From assembly GCA_016185615.1 (NCBI GenBank), contig JACPNE010000002.1, positions 5,253 through 69,252 on the forward strand: 64,000 bases of DNA. The letters are read 5' to 3'. The position numbers were made by a program, and so were the translations under genes. The notes beneath the pieces are model-generated. The model was given only the letters and a program-made list of their open reading frames with translations, was not told the DNA's origin and made no database searches. Positions 34,159 through 42,844 of this stretch are shown here, piece by piece (position 1 is the first letter of the stretch; each line of letters opens with the position of its first letter). The DNA is from Candidatus Woesearchaeota archaeon (GTDB lineage: Archaea; Nanobdellota; Nanobdellia; SCGC-AAA011-G17; JACPNG01).

Positions 34159-34786
34159 AAAACCTACTATTAAAGCGTCATGGCTTGGTTCTCATGAATA
34201 TTGTGAGTATAAATGGTATCTAGAAAATGTCCTAAAAGAAGATATCCCAATAGTTAGAGCAATGATTATTGGTAAAGAAGTTCATAAAATAAAAGAGGAT
34301 GAATTCAAAAAAGTTGCAAAACCCACAACACCAAAGGAGTTTCTAAAAAGTAAATTATATACAATAACTAAAGAAATTACATTGGAGAAAGAATTTAATA
34401 ATTTTATTTTAGTCGGAAAAATAGATGAGTTGGGGGTGGATGTGGATCATCTATATGTTATTGATGATAAACCAAGAGCAAAACCCTATCTAGGGACCAA
34501 GAGACAAATTTGGGCTTACTGTATTCTAGTTAAGGAGTTTATTAGAGAAGATTATCCTGAATATTTGAATAAAAAGATATTTGCTGTTTTAAGGGATAGA
34601 GATTCGGATAACGAAGTTTGGAAAGAAGAATTTAGTAAAAATAATGCAATAGATGTTTTAAATATAATTAGTAGAATGTTATTCTTGATTAAGGGAAAAT
34701 CAGAACCAATTCCAAACGATATTCCTGGAAAATGTAGGGCTTGTGTTTTGCATAAACAGGAAAAATGTAGTTTTAGTTGTGGATGA
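34145..34786 (+). CDS. Cas4-like PD-(D/E)XK nuclease with 4-Cys Fe-S motif (stand-alone)
   Basis: N-terminal 'YCEYKWYLE', 'GKIDEL...VIDDKP' (D...DxK), 'QIWAY' (QxxxY), C-terminal 'CRACVLHKQEKC'. Overlaps the exonuclease gene by 14 nt. Confidence 0.75.
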   Translation: MKMTEKPTIKASWLGSHEYCEYKWYLENVLKEDIPIVRAMIIGKEVHKIKEDEFKKVAKPTTPKEFLKSKLYTITKEITLEKEFNNFILVGKIDELGVDVDHLYVIDDKPRAKPYLGTKRQIWAYCILVKEFIREDYPEYLNKKIFAVLRDRDSDNEVWKEEFSKNNAIDVLNIISRMLFLIKGKSEPIPNDIPGKCRACVLHKQEKCSFSCG

Positions 34787-34868
34787 TATCTTTTCTTTTA
34801 TATTTTTCCCATTTTATTATCCCCATCAAAATAATAAGGTTTATAAATTAAGTTTAAGTCTCCTAATC

Positions 34869-35159
34869 ATGGTTAAGCGTTCAGGTGGATTTAGAAGAAA
34901 AACTAGACATAAGTTAAGCAAAAATAAAGTCCTAAGGGGTTTTATAAGGATTAGAGACTACTTTCAAAGATTTAATGAAGGAGACAAAGTCTACCTTAAA
35001 GCTGAACCAGGTATACAAAAAGGAATGTATTTTCCAAGATTTCATAGCAAGGTTGGAAAAATAATAGCAAAACAAGGCAGATGTTACAAAGTTGAGATAA
35101 AAGATGGCTCAAAGACTAAAACACTAATAGTCCATCCAGTTCACTTAAGGAGTGTATAA
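34869..35159 (+). CDS. rpl21e: 50S ribosomal protein L21e
   Basis: 'MVKRSGGFRRKTRHKL...GDKVYLKAEPGIQKGMYFPRFHSKVGKI' is the eL21 signature. The track start at 34743 overlaps the upstream gene. Confidence 0.9.
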   Translation: MVKRSGGFRRKTRHKLSKNKVLRGFIRIRDYFQRFNEGDKVYLKAEPGIQKGMYFPRFHSKVGKIIAKQGRCYKVEIKDGSKTKTLIVHPVHLRSV

Positions 35160-35160
35160 A

Positions 35161-35496
35161 ATGGCTGAAATCGAAGTTGTTAATGAAGTTCCAATAACAA
35201 TGGCACAGATGAAGAAGAAGTTAGAAGAAATTAAGAAAAGAGACAAGGAACTAAACTTCAGAGCAAAGAAAGTTGAAGAATACTTAGACCAGTTCCTTAC
35301 AAAAGATAAGAAACAAGAGGACTTAAGAAAAAAAATAACAGATTTAAATATCTCAAGATTAAGAGACAGACAAATCACAAAAATATTAGATTTAATGCCA
35401 AAAGATATAGAAAGCTTAAAGATAATATTTAGTGGTGATAATGTAACAATAAAACAAGAAGATTTAGAGAAGATATTACAAGCAGTTAAAGAATGA
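35161..35496 (+). CDS. rpoF: RNA polymerase subunit Rpo4 (RpoF)
   Basis: Conserved position after L21e. 'ITMAQMKKKLEEIKKRDKELNFRAKKVEEYL' is typical of Rpo4. Confidence 0.8.
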   Translation: MAEIEVVNEVPITMAQMKKKLEEIKKRDKELNFRAKKVEEYLDQFLTKDKKQEDLRKKITDLNISRLRDRQITKILDLMPKDIESLKIIFSGDNVTIKQEDLEKILQAVKE

Positions 35497-35514
35497 TAAC
35501 CATAAACAAGGAAG

Positions 35515-36063
35515 ATGGCAAAAGAAGAACACGCAATCATTTTAGATTATCTGCCAAACGGCTATCCGTTGGATACAAGACCAGTACACAAGAAGACTGC
35601 AATAGCTCAAGCTATAGGGAAAGAGCATTTTGTATTGCTGGAATTGGTTCCAAAGAAGGGAATTTCTTTACAAACTAATCAAGAGGTTTATTTAGGAGAG
35701 GGTAAAAGGGAAGAAATCCATCATATTCTTGGAAGAATACCCCTTAGTAAATTAACACAAACAGCAAGAGCAGAGCTTGAAATAGTTTTAGATAAGTTGA
35801 TAGATACACATGAAAAAAGATTTGTTGATTTTTTCTCTACAGCTGGTCCGATAAATGCAAGAAGACATTATCTTGAGTTAATTCCTGGAATCGGGAAAAA
35901 GCATATGTGGGAGATAATAGAAGCAAGGAAGGAAAAGCCATTTGAAAGTTTTGATGACATAAAGGAGAGAGTAAAGCTTTTACCAGACCCAAAACATTCT
36001 GTATTAAAGAGAATATTAATGGAAATAGACAATGAGGACAAGCATAAAATATTCACAGGATAA
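35515..36063 (+). CDS. DUF655 (COG1491) predicted RNA-binding protein
   Basis: 'EEHAIILDYLPNGY' N-terminus and a HhH region. Canonical L21e-RpoF-DUF655 gene order. Confidence 0.75.
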   Translation: MAKEEHAIILDYLPNGYPLDTRPVHKKTAIAQAIGKEHFVLLELVPKKGISLQTNQEVYLGEGKREEIHHILGRIPLSKLTQTARAELEIVLDKLIDTHEKRFVDFFSTAGPINARRHYLELIPGIGKKHMWEIIEARKEKPFESFDDIKERVKLLPDPKHSVLKRILMEIDNEDKHKIFTG

Positions 36064-36095
36064 GCTTTATAAATACTAAATTAGCTATTTCTAAA

Positions 36096-36557
36096 ATGCC
36101 TGAATTTAAACAATTAATAAGGTTAGTAGACGCTGATTTAGACGGAAATAGGCGAATTTATCATGCTTTAAGAAAAATAAAGGGAGTCAGTTATAGTTTT
36201 GCTAATGTTGTGTGTAGTGTGGCAAATATTGAAAGAACATCAAAGATAGGAAATCTTGAAGATGATAAATTAAAATTAATCGAGGATATTATAAGAAACC
36301 CATTAAAATATAAAATTCCTTCATGGATGTTGAACAGAAGGAAAGATTTTGACACTAATGAAGACAAACATTTATTGTCATCTGACTTAAAGCTTACAAA
36401 AGACTTTGATATAAGAAGGATGAAAGAAATTAAGAGTTATAAGGGAATAAGACATGGAATTGGACAGCCAGTAAGGGGACAAAGAACAAGGTCTCACTTC
36501 AGAAAGGGAAGGGCTGTCGGAGTAAAAAAATCAAAAGGAAAGAAAGGTAAAGTATAA
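36096..36557 (+). CDS. rps13: 30S ribosomal protein S13
   Basis: 'LIRLVDADLDGNRRIYHALRKIKGV' and 'YKGIRHGIGQPVRGQRT'. Confidence 0.9.
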   Translation: MPEFKQLIRLVDADLDGNRRIYHALRKIKGVSYSFANVVCSVANIERTSKIGNLEDDKLKLIEDIIRNPLKYKIPSWMLNRRKDFDTNEDKHLLSSDLKLTKDFDIRRMKEIKSYKGIRHGIGQPVRGQRTRSHFRKGRAVGVKKSKGKKGKV

Positions 36558-36559
36558 AG

Positions 36560-36916
36560 ATGGAAACTTATAAATGTTTTAAATGTGGAAAAGAAACAAA
36601 ATATGAGTTAGCGATTATGGAGCATATAGTTTTTGGTCTTTCAGTTGGTGGGATTTGTATTGACCATATGAATAATATTGGAACACTAAGAGATGGATAT
36701 GAATTAGTTAAGAAGAGAGAACCAAATTTAAGAGAGATGAATGATGTTTTACCTCAAATTAATAGAACAATGACTAATGAGGAATTAAATAGAGAAGAGA
36801 ATATCTTTCAATATGGTCAAAAAGTAACTGATGTTAAACCATTTTGTACTGGTTTTGTTGATTTAGAATTAAGTACTAAAGTAGAAAAATTGTGGAGAGA
36901 GCACGTATTTAAGTAA
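36560..36916 (+). CDS. Hypothetical 118-aa protein inserted between rps13 and rps4
   Basis: Starts 3 nt after the rps13 stop and ends 1 nt before the rps4 ATG. 'YKCFKCGKE' half zinc-ribbon. No family recognised. Confidence 0.5.
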   Translation: METYKCFKCGKETKYELAIMEHIVFGLSVGGICIDHMNNIGTLRDGYELVKKREPNLREMNDVLPQINRTMTNEELNREENIFQYGQKVTDVKPFCTGFVDLELSTKVEKLWREHVFK

Positions 36917-36917
36917 A

Positions 36918-37499
36918 ATGGGAGATCCAAAAAAACAAAGAAGAAAGTATAGTACTCCACTAAGTCCTTGGCAAGGTCAAAGGATAGAAGAAGAGAAAGT
37001 AATTCTTAATGAGTATGGATTAAGAAATAAGAAAGAAATCTGGAGATTAGACTCATTATTAAGAAAATTCAGATCTCAAGCCAAGCATTTAATAGCAACA
37101 AGAACAGACCAAGCAAGGAAAGAAGAGCAATTATTAATTAATAAACTGACAAAATTGGGATTATTAAATAAAGATGCCCATCTAGATGATATACTTGGTT
37201 TAAATCTAAAGAGTTTATTGGAAAGAAGATTACAAACTTTAGTATATAGAAAAAATTTATCAAGATCAATGAACCAGGCAAGACAGTTTATACTTCATGG
37301 ACACATAACATTAAACAATAAAAAAATATCAGTTCCATCTTATTTAGTCAAGAAAGATGAAGAGAATGAAATAAATTTCATACAAAGTTCATCTTTAGCT
37401 GATGTAAATCATCCTGAAAGGGTTATAGAAAAAAAAGAAGAGATTAAGGAAATAAAGGAATTGGGAGAAGTTTCAAATGGACAGACAACAGCAGCTTAG
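36918..37499 (+). CDS. rps4: 30S ribosomal protein S4
   Basis: '[18 protein letters not shown]' N-terminus and S4 domain '[24 protein letters not shown]'. Confidence 0.9.
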   Translation: MGDPKKQRRKYSTPLSPWQGQRIEEEKVILNEYGLRNKKEIWRLDSLLRKFRSQAKHLIATRTDQARKEEQLLINKLTKLGLLNKDAHLDDILGLNLKSLLERRLQTLVYRKNLSRSMNQARQFILHGHITLNNKKISVPSYLVKKDEENEINFIQSSSLADVNHPERVIEKKEEIKEIKELGEVSNGQTTAA

Positions 37500-37878
37500 A
37501 TGGGGATTAGCACACATTTATGCTAGTTACAATAATACAATAATTCATATTACAGACTTGTCTGGATCTGAGACAATCTCAAAAGGATCTGGTGGAATGA
37601 TGGTTAAAGCCCATAGATTAGAATCATCACCAACAGCAGCCATGGGTGCTGCAAAAAGAGCAGCAGAGGGGGCTTTAGAAAAAGGAATTAATGCGGTTCA
37701 CATAAGAATAAGGGCTCCTGGAGGACATGAAGGTCCAACCCAACCAGGACCTGGAGCACAGGCAGCAGTAAGATCATTATCAAGGGCTGGATTAAGAATT
37801 GGAGTAATAGAGGACGTTACTAAACTCCCACATGGCGGATGCAGAAAATCTCACGCTAGGAGAGGAAGAAGGGTATAA
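37477..37878 (+). CDS. rps11: 30S ribosomal protein S11
   Basis: '[19 protein letters not shown]', 'IRIRAPGG' and '[13 protein letters not shown]'. Confidence 0.9.
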   Translation: MDRQQQLRWGLAHIYASYNNTIIHITDLSGSETISKGSGGMMVKAHRLESSPTAAMGAAKRAAEGALEKGINAVHIRIRAPGGHEGPTQPGPGAQAAVRSLSRAGLRIGVIEDVTKLPHGGCRKSHARRGRRV

Positions 37879-38664
37879 ATGGATATTAAACTTTTAAATA
37901 AAGAAAAAGAAAAAGTAAGTTTTGTTATAAAAGATACAGACACAGTTTTCGTTAACACATTAAGAAGAAGTATATCAAGCAATGTTCCAACATTAGCTAT
38001 TGATACTGTTAAATTCATAAAAAATAATTCTGCGTTATATGATGAGATATTAGCACATAGACTAGGATTAGTTGTACTAAAAACAGATTTAAAATCATAT
38101 TCTTTAAAATCAGAATCAAAAGCAAAAAAATCCCCCACAACAGAATTATTATTAACATTAGATTGTAAAGGCCCATGTACAGTTTATGCTGAGAATTTAA
38201 TATCTAAAGATCCAAAAGTAAAGCCAGTATATCCAAAAACTGTTATAGTAAAATTAGACAAAGGCCAGGAATTAAAAATAGAAGCAACAGCTGTTTTAGG
38301 AATAGGAAAAGAACATGCAAAATTCTCTCCAGGATTAGCATATTATCAAGGCTATCCTCAAATTAAAATATTAAAGCCAACTGCACAGGGTGCAACAGAG
38401 GCTGTCAAAATATGTCCAACAAAAGTTTTCAGAGCGGAGAATAAACAGCTAAAAGTTCATGATTTAGAAAAATGTGTTTTATGTAATGCATGTGTTGATT
38501 TATTGGGAGATGGAGTAATAGAAGTTAAGGGAAGCAATAATGATTTTATATTCCATTTAGAACCTTGGGGTCAGCTTAAATCTGATGAAATATTAGAAAA
38601 AGCGATAGATGTAATTGATGAGAAATTGGATGATTTTGCTGCCGAAATTAAGAAAATCAAATAG
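37879..38664 (+). CDS. rpoD: RNA polymerase subunit Rpo3 (RpoD) with ferredoxin-like Cys motif
   Basis: 'FVNTLRRSISSNVPTLAID' and 'DEILAHRLGLV'. Insert with 'CPTKVF...CVLCNACVD'. Confidence 0.9.
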   Translation: MDIKLLNKEKEKVSFVIKDTDTVFVNTLRRSISSNVPTLAIDTVKFIKNNSALYDEILAHRLGLVVLKTDLKSYSLKSESKAKKSPTTELLLTLDCKGPCTVYAENLISKDPKVKPVYPKTVIVKLDKGQELKIEATAVLGIGKEHAKFSPGLAYYQGYPQIKILKPTAQGATEAVKICPTKVFRAENKQLKVHDLEKCVLCNACVDLLGDGVIEVKGSNNDFIFHLEPWGQLKSDEILEKAIDVIDEKLDDFAAEIKKIK

Positions 38665-38666
38665 TT

Positions 38667-38674
38667 TTTAAATA
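38667..38674 (+). promoter_or_regulatory. TATA box for tRNA-Leu
   Basis: TTTAAATA is centred about 27 bp upstream of the mature tRNA 5' end. Confidence 0.4.
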
Positions 38675-38696
38675 AACTCTTGCACTTCTGCAATAT

Positions 38697-38780
38697 GCGG
38701 GAGTGTCAGAGCGGTCAAATGAGCTAGCCTAAGGAGCTAGTGGCTTAGTGCCTACGCAGGTTCGAATCCTGTCTCCCGCA
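38697..38780 (+). tRNA. tRNA-Leu (class II, long variable arm); anticodon reads AAG by hand folding
   Basis: Acceptor GCGGGAG/CTCCCGC. Anticodon stem CTAGC/GCTAG with loop C-T-A-A-G-G-A. Variable-arm stem GGC/GCC. T arm GCAGG-TTCGAAT-CCTGT. No encoded CCA. Confidence 0.85.
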
Positions 38781-38788
38781 ATAAGAAA

Positions 38789-39148
38789 ATGAACAGAGAA
38801 AAAACAAACCCACAATTAATAAGTTTGATTCAAGAATTAAGAGTTTTATCTAATAAGGAGAATGTTAAATTGTGGAAGAGATTGGCAAAAGACTTGGGAA
38901 AATCAACAAGAAGTTATCCTTCTATTAATGTATGGAAAATTAATAAGAATATTAGAGAGAATGAGATAGCATTAATTCCCGGAAAAGTATTATCAAAAGG
39001 AGAATTAACAAAGAAAATTACTATAGCAGCTTTGAATTTTTCAAAAGAAGCAAGAGAAAAAATAAACAAAAAAGGAAAAGCAATCACAATAAAAGAATTA
39101 ATAAAAGAAAATCCAAAAGGATCCAAAGTTAGGATAATAGGAAATTAA
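38789..39148 (+). CDS. rpl18e: 50S ribosomal protein L18e
   Basis: Conserved position. 'TNPQLISLIQELR' and 'KGSKVRIIG' are typical of eL18. Confidence 0.85.
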   Translation: MNREKTNPQLISLIQELRVLSNKENVKLWKRLAKDLGKSTRSYPSINVWKINKNIRENEIALIPGKVLSKGELTKKITIAALNFSKEAREKINKKGKAITIKELIKENPKGSKVRIIGN

Positions 39149-39149
39149 A

Positions 39150-39407
39150 ATGGCACAATCACAATCTGAATTAGATTTAATGGAAATGGGTAGAAGAGAA
39201 ATTAAACTTAGATCTTTAGATTCTAAATTAGAAGGAATTAGAAAAAAAATGAGATACCACCTTGATAGAAGTTATAAAGATAATGGCATTCATTCATTCA
39301 TTCATGAAGCAGCATTATCTCTTTATGAAGTTAAATACTTTAAAATAAAATCTAAACAAGCCGGTTTAATTGGCCAGGGAATTGCGGAGGCACTTTTTTA
39401 CCCTTAA
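39150..39407 (+). CDS. Hypothetical 85-aa protein inserted between rpl18e and rpl13
   Basis: Starts 2 nt after the rpl18e stop and ends 1 nt before the rpl13 ATG. No family recognised. Confidence 0.45.
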   Translation: MAQSQSELDLMEMGRREIKLRSLDSKLEGIRKKMRYHLDRSYKDNGIHSFIHEAALSLYEVKYFKIKSKQAGLIGQGIAEALFYP

Positions 39408-39408
39408 A

Positions 39409-39831
39409 ATGATAATAAATGCAGAAAATTTGATATTAGGAAGATTATCTACAGTAGTAGCTAAGAAAGCGTTAATGGGAGAAACTATTAATGTAGTTAA
39501 TGTTGAAAAAGCAATTATAGTTGGAAGTAAAGACGATATTCTTCATAGATATGAAACAAAAAGAAGAAGGGGAGAGACATTACATGGTCCTTATTTTCCA
39601 AGGACTCCGGAAAGAATAGTAAGGAGAACTATTAGGGGAATGCTTCCACATAAGCAAGAAAAAGGGAAATCAGCATATAAAAGAATAAAATGTTATGTAG
39701 GAATTCCACAAGATTTAAAAGACAAGAAAATTGAAACAATAGACATTGCAAAATTGTCTTCAAGACATATGAAATATATGACTATAAAAGATTTAACAAG
39801 ATATTTGGGTGCAAAAGATTATGGTAACTAA
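39409..39831 (+). CDS. rpl13: 50S ribosomal protein L13
   Basis: 'IINAENLILGRLSTVVAKKAL' and 'RRTIRGMLPHK'. The ATG at 39409 is preferred over the track start at 39370. Confidence 0.9.
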   Translation: MIINAENLILGRLSTVVAKKALMGETINVVNVEKAIIVGSKDDILHRYETKRRRGETLHGPYFPRTPERIVRRTIRGMLPHKQEKGKSAYKRIKCYVGIPQDLKDKKIETIDIAKLSSRHMKYMTIKDLTRYLGAKDYGN

Positions 39832-40225
39832 AGTTGTGCATGCATCAGGAACAAGAAAGAGAGCAGTAGCAAGAGCAACTTTAAAACCAGGAAAAGGATT
39901 GATAAGAATAAACAAAATGTTGCTTGATGTTTATAAGCCGGTATTGGCTAAGAACAGAATTATGGAGCCATTACAATTGGCTGGAGACATTGTTTCTAAA
40001 GTTGATATTAATGTTAATGTTAATGGGGGTGGATGGCAAGCCCAAAGTGAAGCCACAAGATTAGCTATTGCCAGGGGATTATTAGAATTTTCCGGCAGCA
40101 AAGATTTAAAGCAAACATTTTTAGATTATGACAGGCATTTGATTGTAGCTGATATAAGGACTACAGAGCCATCAAAGCCAAACGATTCAAAACCAAGAGC
40201 AAAGAGGCAAAAATCATACAGATAA
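39821..40225 (+). CDS. rps9: 30S ribosomal protein S9
   Basis: 'ASGTRKRAVARATLKPGKG', 'GGGWQAQSEATRLAIARGL' and a C-terminal 'KSYR'. Confidence 0.9.
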   Translation: MVTKVVHASGTRKRAVARATLKPGKGLIRINKMLLDVYKPVLAKNRIMEPLQLAGDIVSKVDINVNVNGGGWQAQSEATRLAIARGLLEFSGSKDLKQTFLDYDRHLIVADIRTTEPSKPNDSKPRAKRQKSYR

Positions 40226-40226
40226 A

Positions 40227-40421
40227 ATGATAATTCCAGTAAGATGTTTCAGTTGTGGAAAGCCCATTGGCCATTTATGGGAAGAATTCCAAGAGAGATC
40301 TAAATCAGAAGAAAAGAAAAAAGTTCTCGATGATTTGGGATTAAATAGATACTGTTGCAGGGCAATATTTATGGGACATGTTGACTTAATTGACACAACA
40401 ATGAAATTCAAGAAAAGCTAA
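40227..40421 (+). CDS. rpoN: RNA polymerase subunit Rpo10 (RpoN)
   Basis: 'MIIPVRCFSCGKPIGHLWEEF...YCCR' zinc-binding signature. Confidence 0.9.
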   Translation: MIIPVRCFSCGKPIGHLWEEFQERSKSEEKKKVLDDLGLNRYCCRAIFMGHVDLIDTTMKFKKS

Positions 40422-40502
40422 TTATACAATGTTATTTAAATTAATTTCTATATTATATTATTATATCTAAATATTTTTATACCTTTTACTAATTTTATTT
40501 TT

Positions 40503-40919
40503 ATGAATGAAGAAAGAGATGATCAATGGCTCATAGAAAAAATGAATAATGTATGGAATTCTTTATTTCCTGAAGTGGAGAGAAAGAATAATGTTGTAAT
40601 AAGATTTAAAGGAAAATGGAAGAATAAATTTGGTCATATAAAAAGGATGAAGAATAAGGATACAGAGATAGTAATTAACTCTTTATTTAAGGATTTAAAT
40701 GTTCCTGCTTACATAATCAATCTTACGATTGCACATGAATTAGTTCATTATATGCATGGATTTAATAGTCCCCATAAACAATTGTACAAACATCCCCATA
40801 AAGGGGGAATTGTCAATAAAGAATTAAGGAAAAGAGGATATTCTGGATTATTGAAACTGGAAAGAAAATGGATCAAAGAGGAATGGCCAGAGATTCATAA
40901 CATAATAAAAGAATTCTAA
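40503..40919 (+). CDS. SprT-like zinc metallopeptidase
   Basis: 'RFKGKWKNKFGHI...IVINSLF...LTIAHELVHYMHG' (HExxH) arrangement resembles SprT-like domains. Confidence 0.5.
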   Translation: MNEERDDQWLIEKMNNVWNSLFPEVERKNNVVIRFKGKWKNKFGHIKRMKNKDTEIVINSLFKDLNVPAYIINLTIAHELVHYMHGFNSPHKQLYKHPHKGGIVNKELRKRGYSGLLKLERKWIKEEWPEIHNIIKEF

Positions 40920-41398
40920 TTTGCTTTGGTTATCTCTACATACTCTGCCTTTGTTGTTATTTTTGCTTTTTCTCCATTCTTAAAGCATGATGGATTTTGT
41001 AAGCCAGGTTTTAGATTGTTTATGCCATATATTGTTCTTTGATAAGCATCTGTTGGAAGGAAAAATAGATTATTATCATTATTTTCAAGTATAAAATCAA
41101 ATCCCGGATAACCATTTATAATGGCCTGATTATTAAATGAATTATCCCCTTTAATACATATGAAATCTATTTTCGATGGCAGCCTAATATTTATTATTTT
41201 GCTGCTTCCTTCATCTAAATAATAAAATGACTCAACATCTTTTCTCAATTTTGATACAAAACTTGTCAACTCAACGGATTCTCCAACCTCATTTAGTTTA
41301 ATGACATAATTAGTGCCCCATATTAATATCATGGCGCCGACAATTAATGCAAACACAAACACAAACGGTTCAGATAATAATTGCCCTTTTTTTTGCAT
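40916..41398 (-). CDS. Hypothetical protein with class III (pilin-like) signal peptide
   Basis: 'MQKKGQLLSEPFVFVFALIVGAMILIWG' has a KG-Q junction followed by a hydrophobic helix. Confidence 0.45.
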   Translation of the reverse strand: MQKKGQLLSEPFVFVFALIVGAMILIWGTNYVIKLNEVGESVELTSFVSKLRKDVESFYYLDEGSSKIINIRLPSKIDFICIKGDNSFNNQAIINGYPGFDFILENNDNNLFFLPTDAYQRTIYGINNLKPGLQNPSCFKNGEKAKITTKAEYVEITKAN

Positions 41399-41423
41399 GC
41401 TAAATAAATTGATATTACTTTAA

Positions 41424-41726
41424 TTAATGTTTCGTTATTGGAAATTTCATATATTTTTTGCAGTTAATGCAGTAATAAACAACTTTTTTGTCTTTTGTTC
41501 TTACTCTGCAATTTATTCCCGGCTTTAAATAAGAATAACAATGCTTGCAGAATTTTCTTTTCAGCTCTTTTGGAATTCTTATTCTGGCTTTCATTGATAT
41601 TCTTCTTGCTAAACTAATGTATTTATCTGACAATTTCGAGTCTTTCTTAAAAATCCCATCAGCTTGATCAAATAAAATAATTATTCTTTCTTTTGCTATG
41701 TTTTTATATTTTTTATCTTGTTTCAT
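41424..41726 (-). CDS. rnp4: RNase P protein component 4 (Rpp21/Rpr2)
   Basis: 'YISLARRISMKARIRIPKELKRKFCKHCYSYLKPG...YYCINCKKY' is the zinc-ribbon Rpr2 signature. Confidence 0.8.
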   Translation of the reverse strand: MKQDKKYKNIAKERIIILFDQADGIFKKDSKLSDKYISLARRISMKARIRIPKELKRKFCKHCYSYLKPGINCRVRTKDKKVVYYCINCKKYMKFPITKH

Positions 41727-42811
41727 CTTAAAAATTTAGTTAACTCTTTTATCTTTTTATAAGGATTTATAAATTTGAAGAAATTTAATAATAGTCTTGG
41801 TGGAATCAATACGATATTACTTATTCCTTTGATATTTTCTATATCTATTATCTCGGCATTCAATGGAATGAAATCTTTTTTGCCCTCAAAATGCATTATA
41901 GACAGTATTTTATCTCCTTTGTCAACTTTATCATTCATTCTTACAGAGAAAATAAATCCGGGATGTTTTGATTTTATCTCTTTTGTAATGTTATTTAAAG
42001 GATCATAAACTGTTGCTAACAATTGTCCTTTTTTTACATTCTCTCCAAGGCTGACTTTCAAGTCCAATACTCCCTCTATTTTTGAAATATAACCTTGTCT
42101 GTCATCAAGGAAAAACTGCCTTAATGGAATCCTTATTACCCCACCCATCATATCAGTATATATCAAGATATTTTTTATCCCAATTATTGTCTCTTCAATA
42201 TAATCTTCATATAATCGCATTGCTCCACCAACCTCAATGGTAATAACATGAATGTTATATTTTCTGAATGATTCTAAAGCTAAAGTTCCTATTTTCGCTT
42301 CTCTTTCCATAACTATTTCTGTTCCAAAAATCTTTCCAAGATCAAAACAAAACTCTTCCCTGTTATTTTTTGGTACTCTTGGATGGGGCAATAAAACATT
42401 ATATTGTCCATCATGTATATCCATTCCAAAATCACATTTACTTACAATCTCTTCCATAAACTTATCAGCAATTATGTTAGAAAAAGTTTTTTTCCCTTTT
42501 CTGTTAAAACTCCTGTTCAGATCTTTATTATCAAAAGGTATGTATCTTATTCTTTCTTTGAAACCATATGGATTTAATAAGGGAGCAAAGATTATTGTTC
42601 CCCTAAGCTTTTTAACATCTAATTTTTTTATTAATCTGTTAATGGTTTCTATTCCATTTATCTCGTTACCATGCATTCCTGAGCATATGAAAATAATCTT
42701 GCCTTCTTTATTTCCTTGTGCAATCATAATAGGGATAACATAACCTTTTGCTAATTCTAAATTTCCTCTTGTTACTTTTCCTTTTATAGATTTACAATTT
42801 CCTATTTTCAT
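41723..42811 (-). CDS. Succinylglutamate desuccinylase/aspartoacylase (AstE/AspA) family zinc hydrolase
   Basis: 'FICSGMHGNEINGIE' (HxxE) plus a downstream H. A C-terminal barrel-like region has 'GQLLATV'. Confidence 0.7.
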   Translation of the reverse strand: MKIGNCKSIKGKVTRGNLELAKGYVIPIMIAQGNKEGKIIFICSGMHGNEINGIETINRLIKKLDVKKLRGTIIFAPLLNPYGFKERIRYIPFDNKDLNRSFNRKGKKTFSNIIADKFMEEIVSKCDFGMDIHDGQYNVLLPHPRVPKNNREEFCFDLGKIFGTEIVMEREAKIGTLALESFRKYNIHVITIEVGGAMRLYEDYIEETIIGIKNILIYTDMMGGVIRIPLRQFFLDDRQGYISKIEGVLDLKVSLGENVKKGQLLATVYDPLNNITKEIKSKHPGFIFSVRMNDKVDKGDKILSIMHFEGKKDFIPLNAEIIDIENIKGISNIVLIPPRLLLNFFKFINPYKKIKELTKFLR

Positions 42812-42844
42812 AAGACTAAAGAATTATAATAATTAATAAATATG

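Noticed and set aside
33367-34786. CRISPR array or cas operon expected near the Cas4-like gene
   Set aside because: I looked through the window for regularly spaced 25-40-bp direct repeats and for Cas1/Cas2/effector-like ORFs and found none. The gene is therefore reported only as a stand-alone Cas4-like nuclease.
34743-34868. N-terminal 42-aa extension of the L21e ORF in the track
   Set aside because: The conserved eL21 N-terminus begins at 'MVKRSGG' (ATG 34869). The extension overlaps the Cas4-like gene's 3' end and is hydrophobic nonsense.
35493-35678. 61-aa ORF overlapping the DUF655 gene start
   Set aside because: It is out of frame with, and nested in, the well-supported DUF655 CDS, and has no independent signal.
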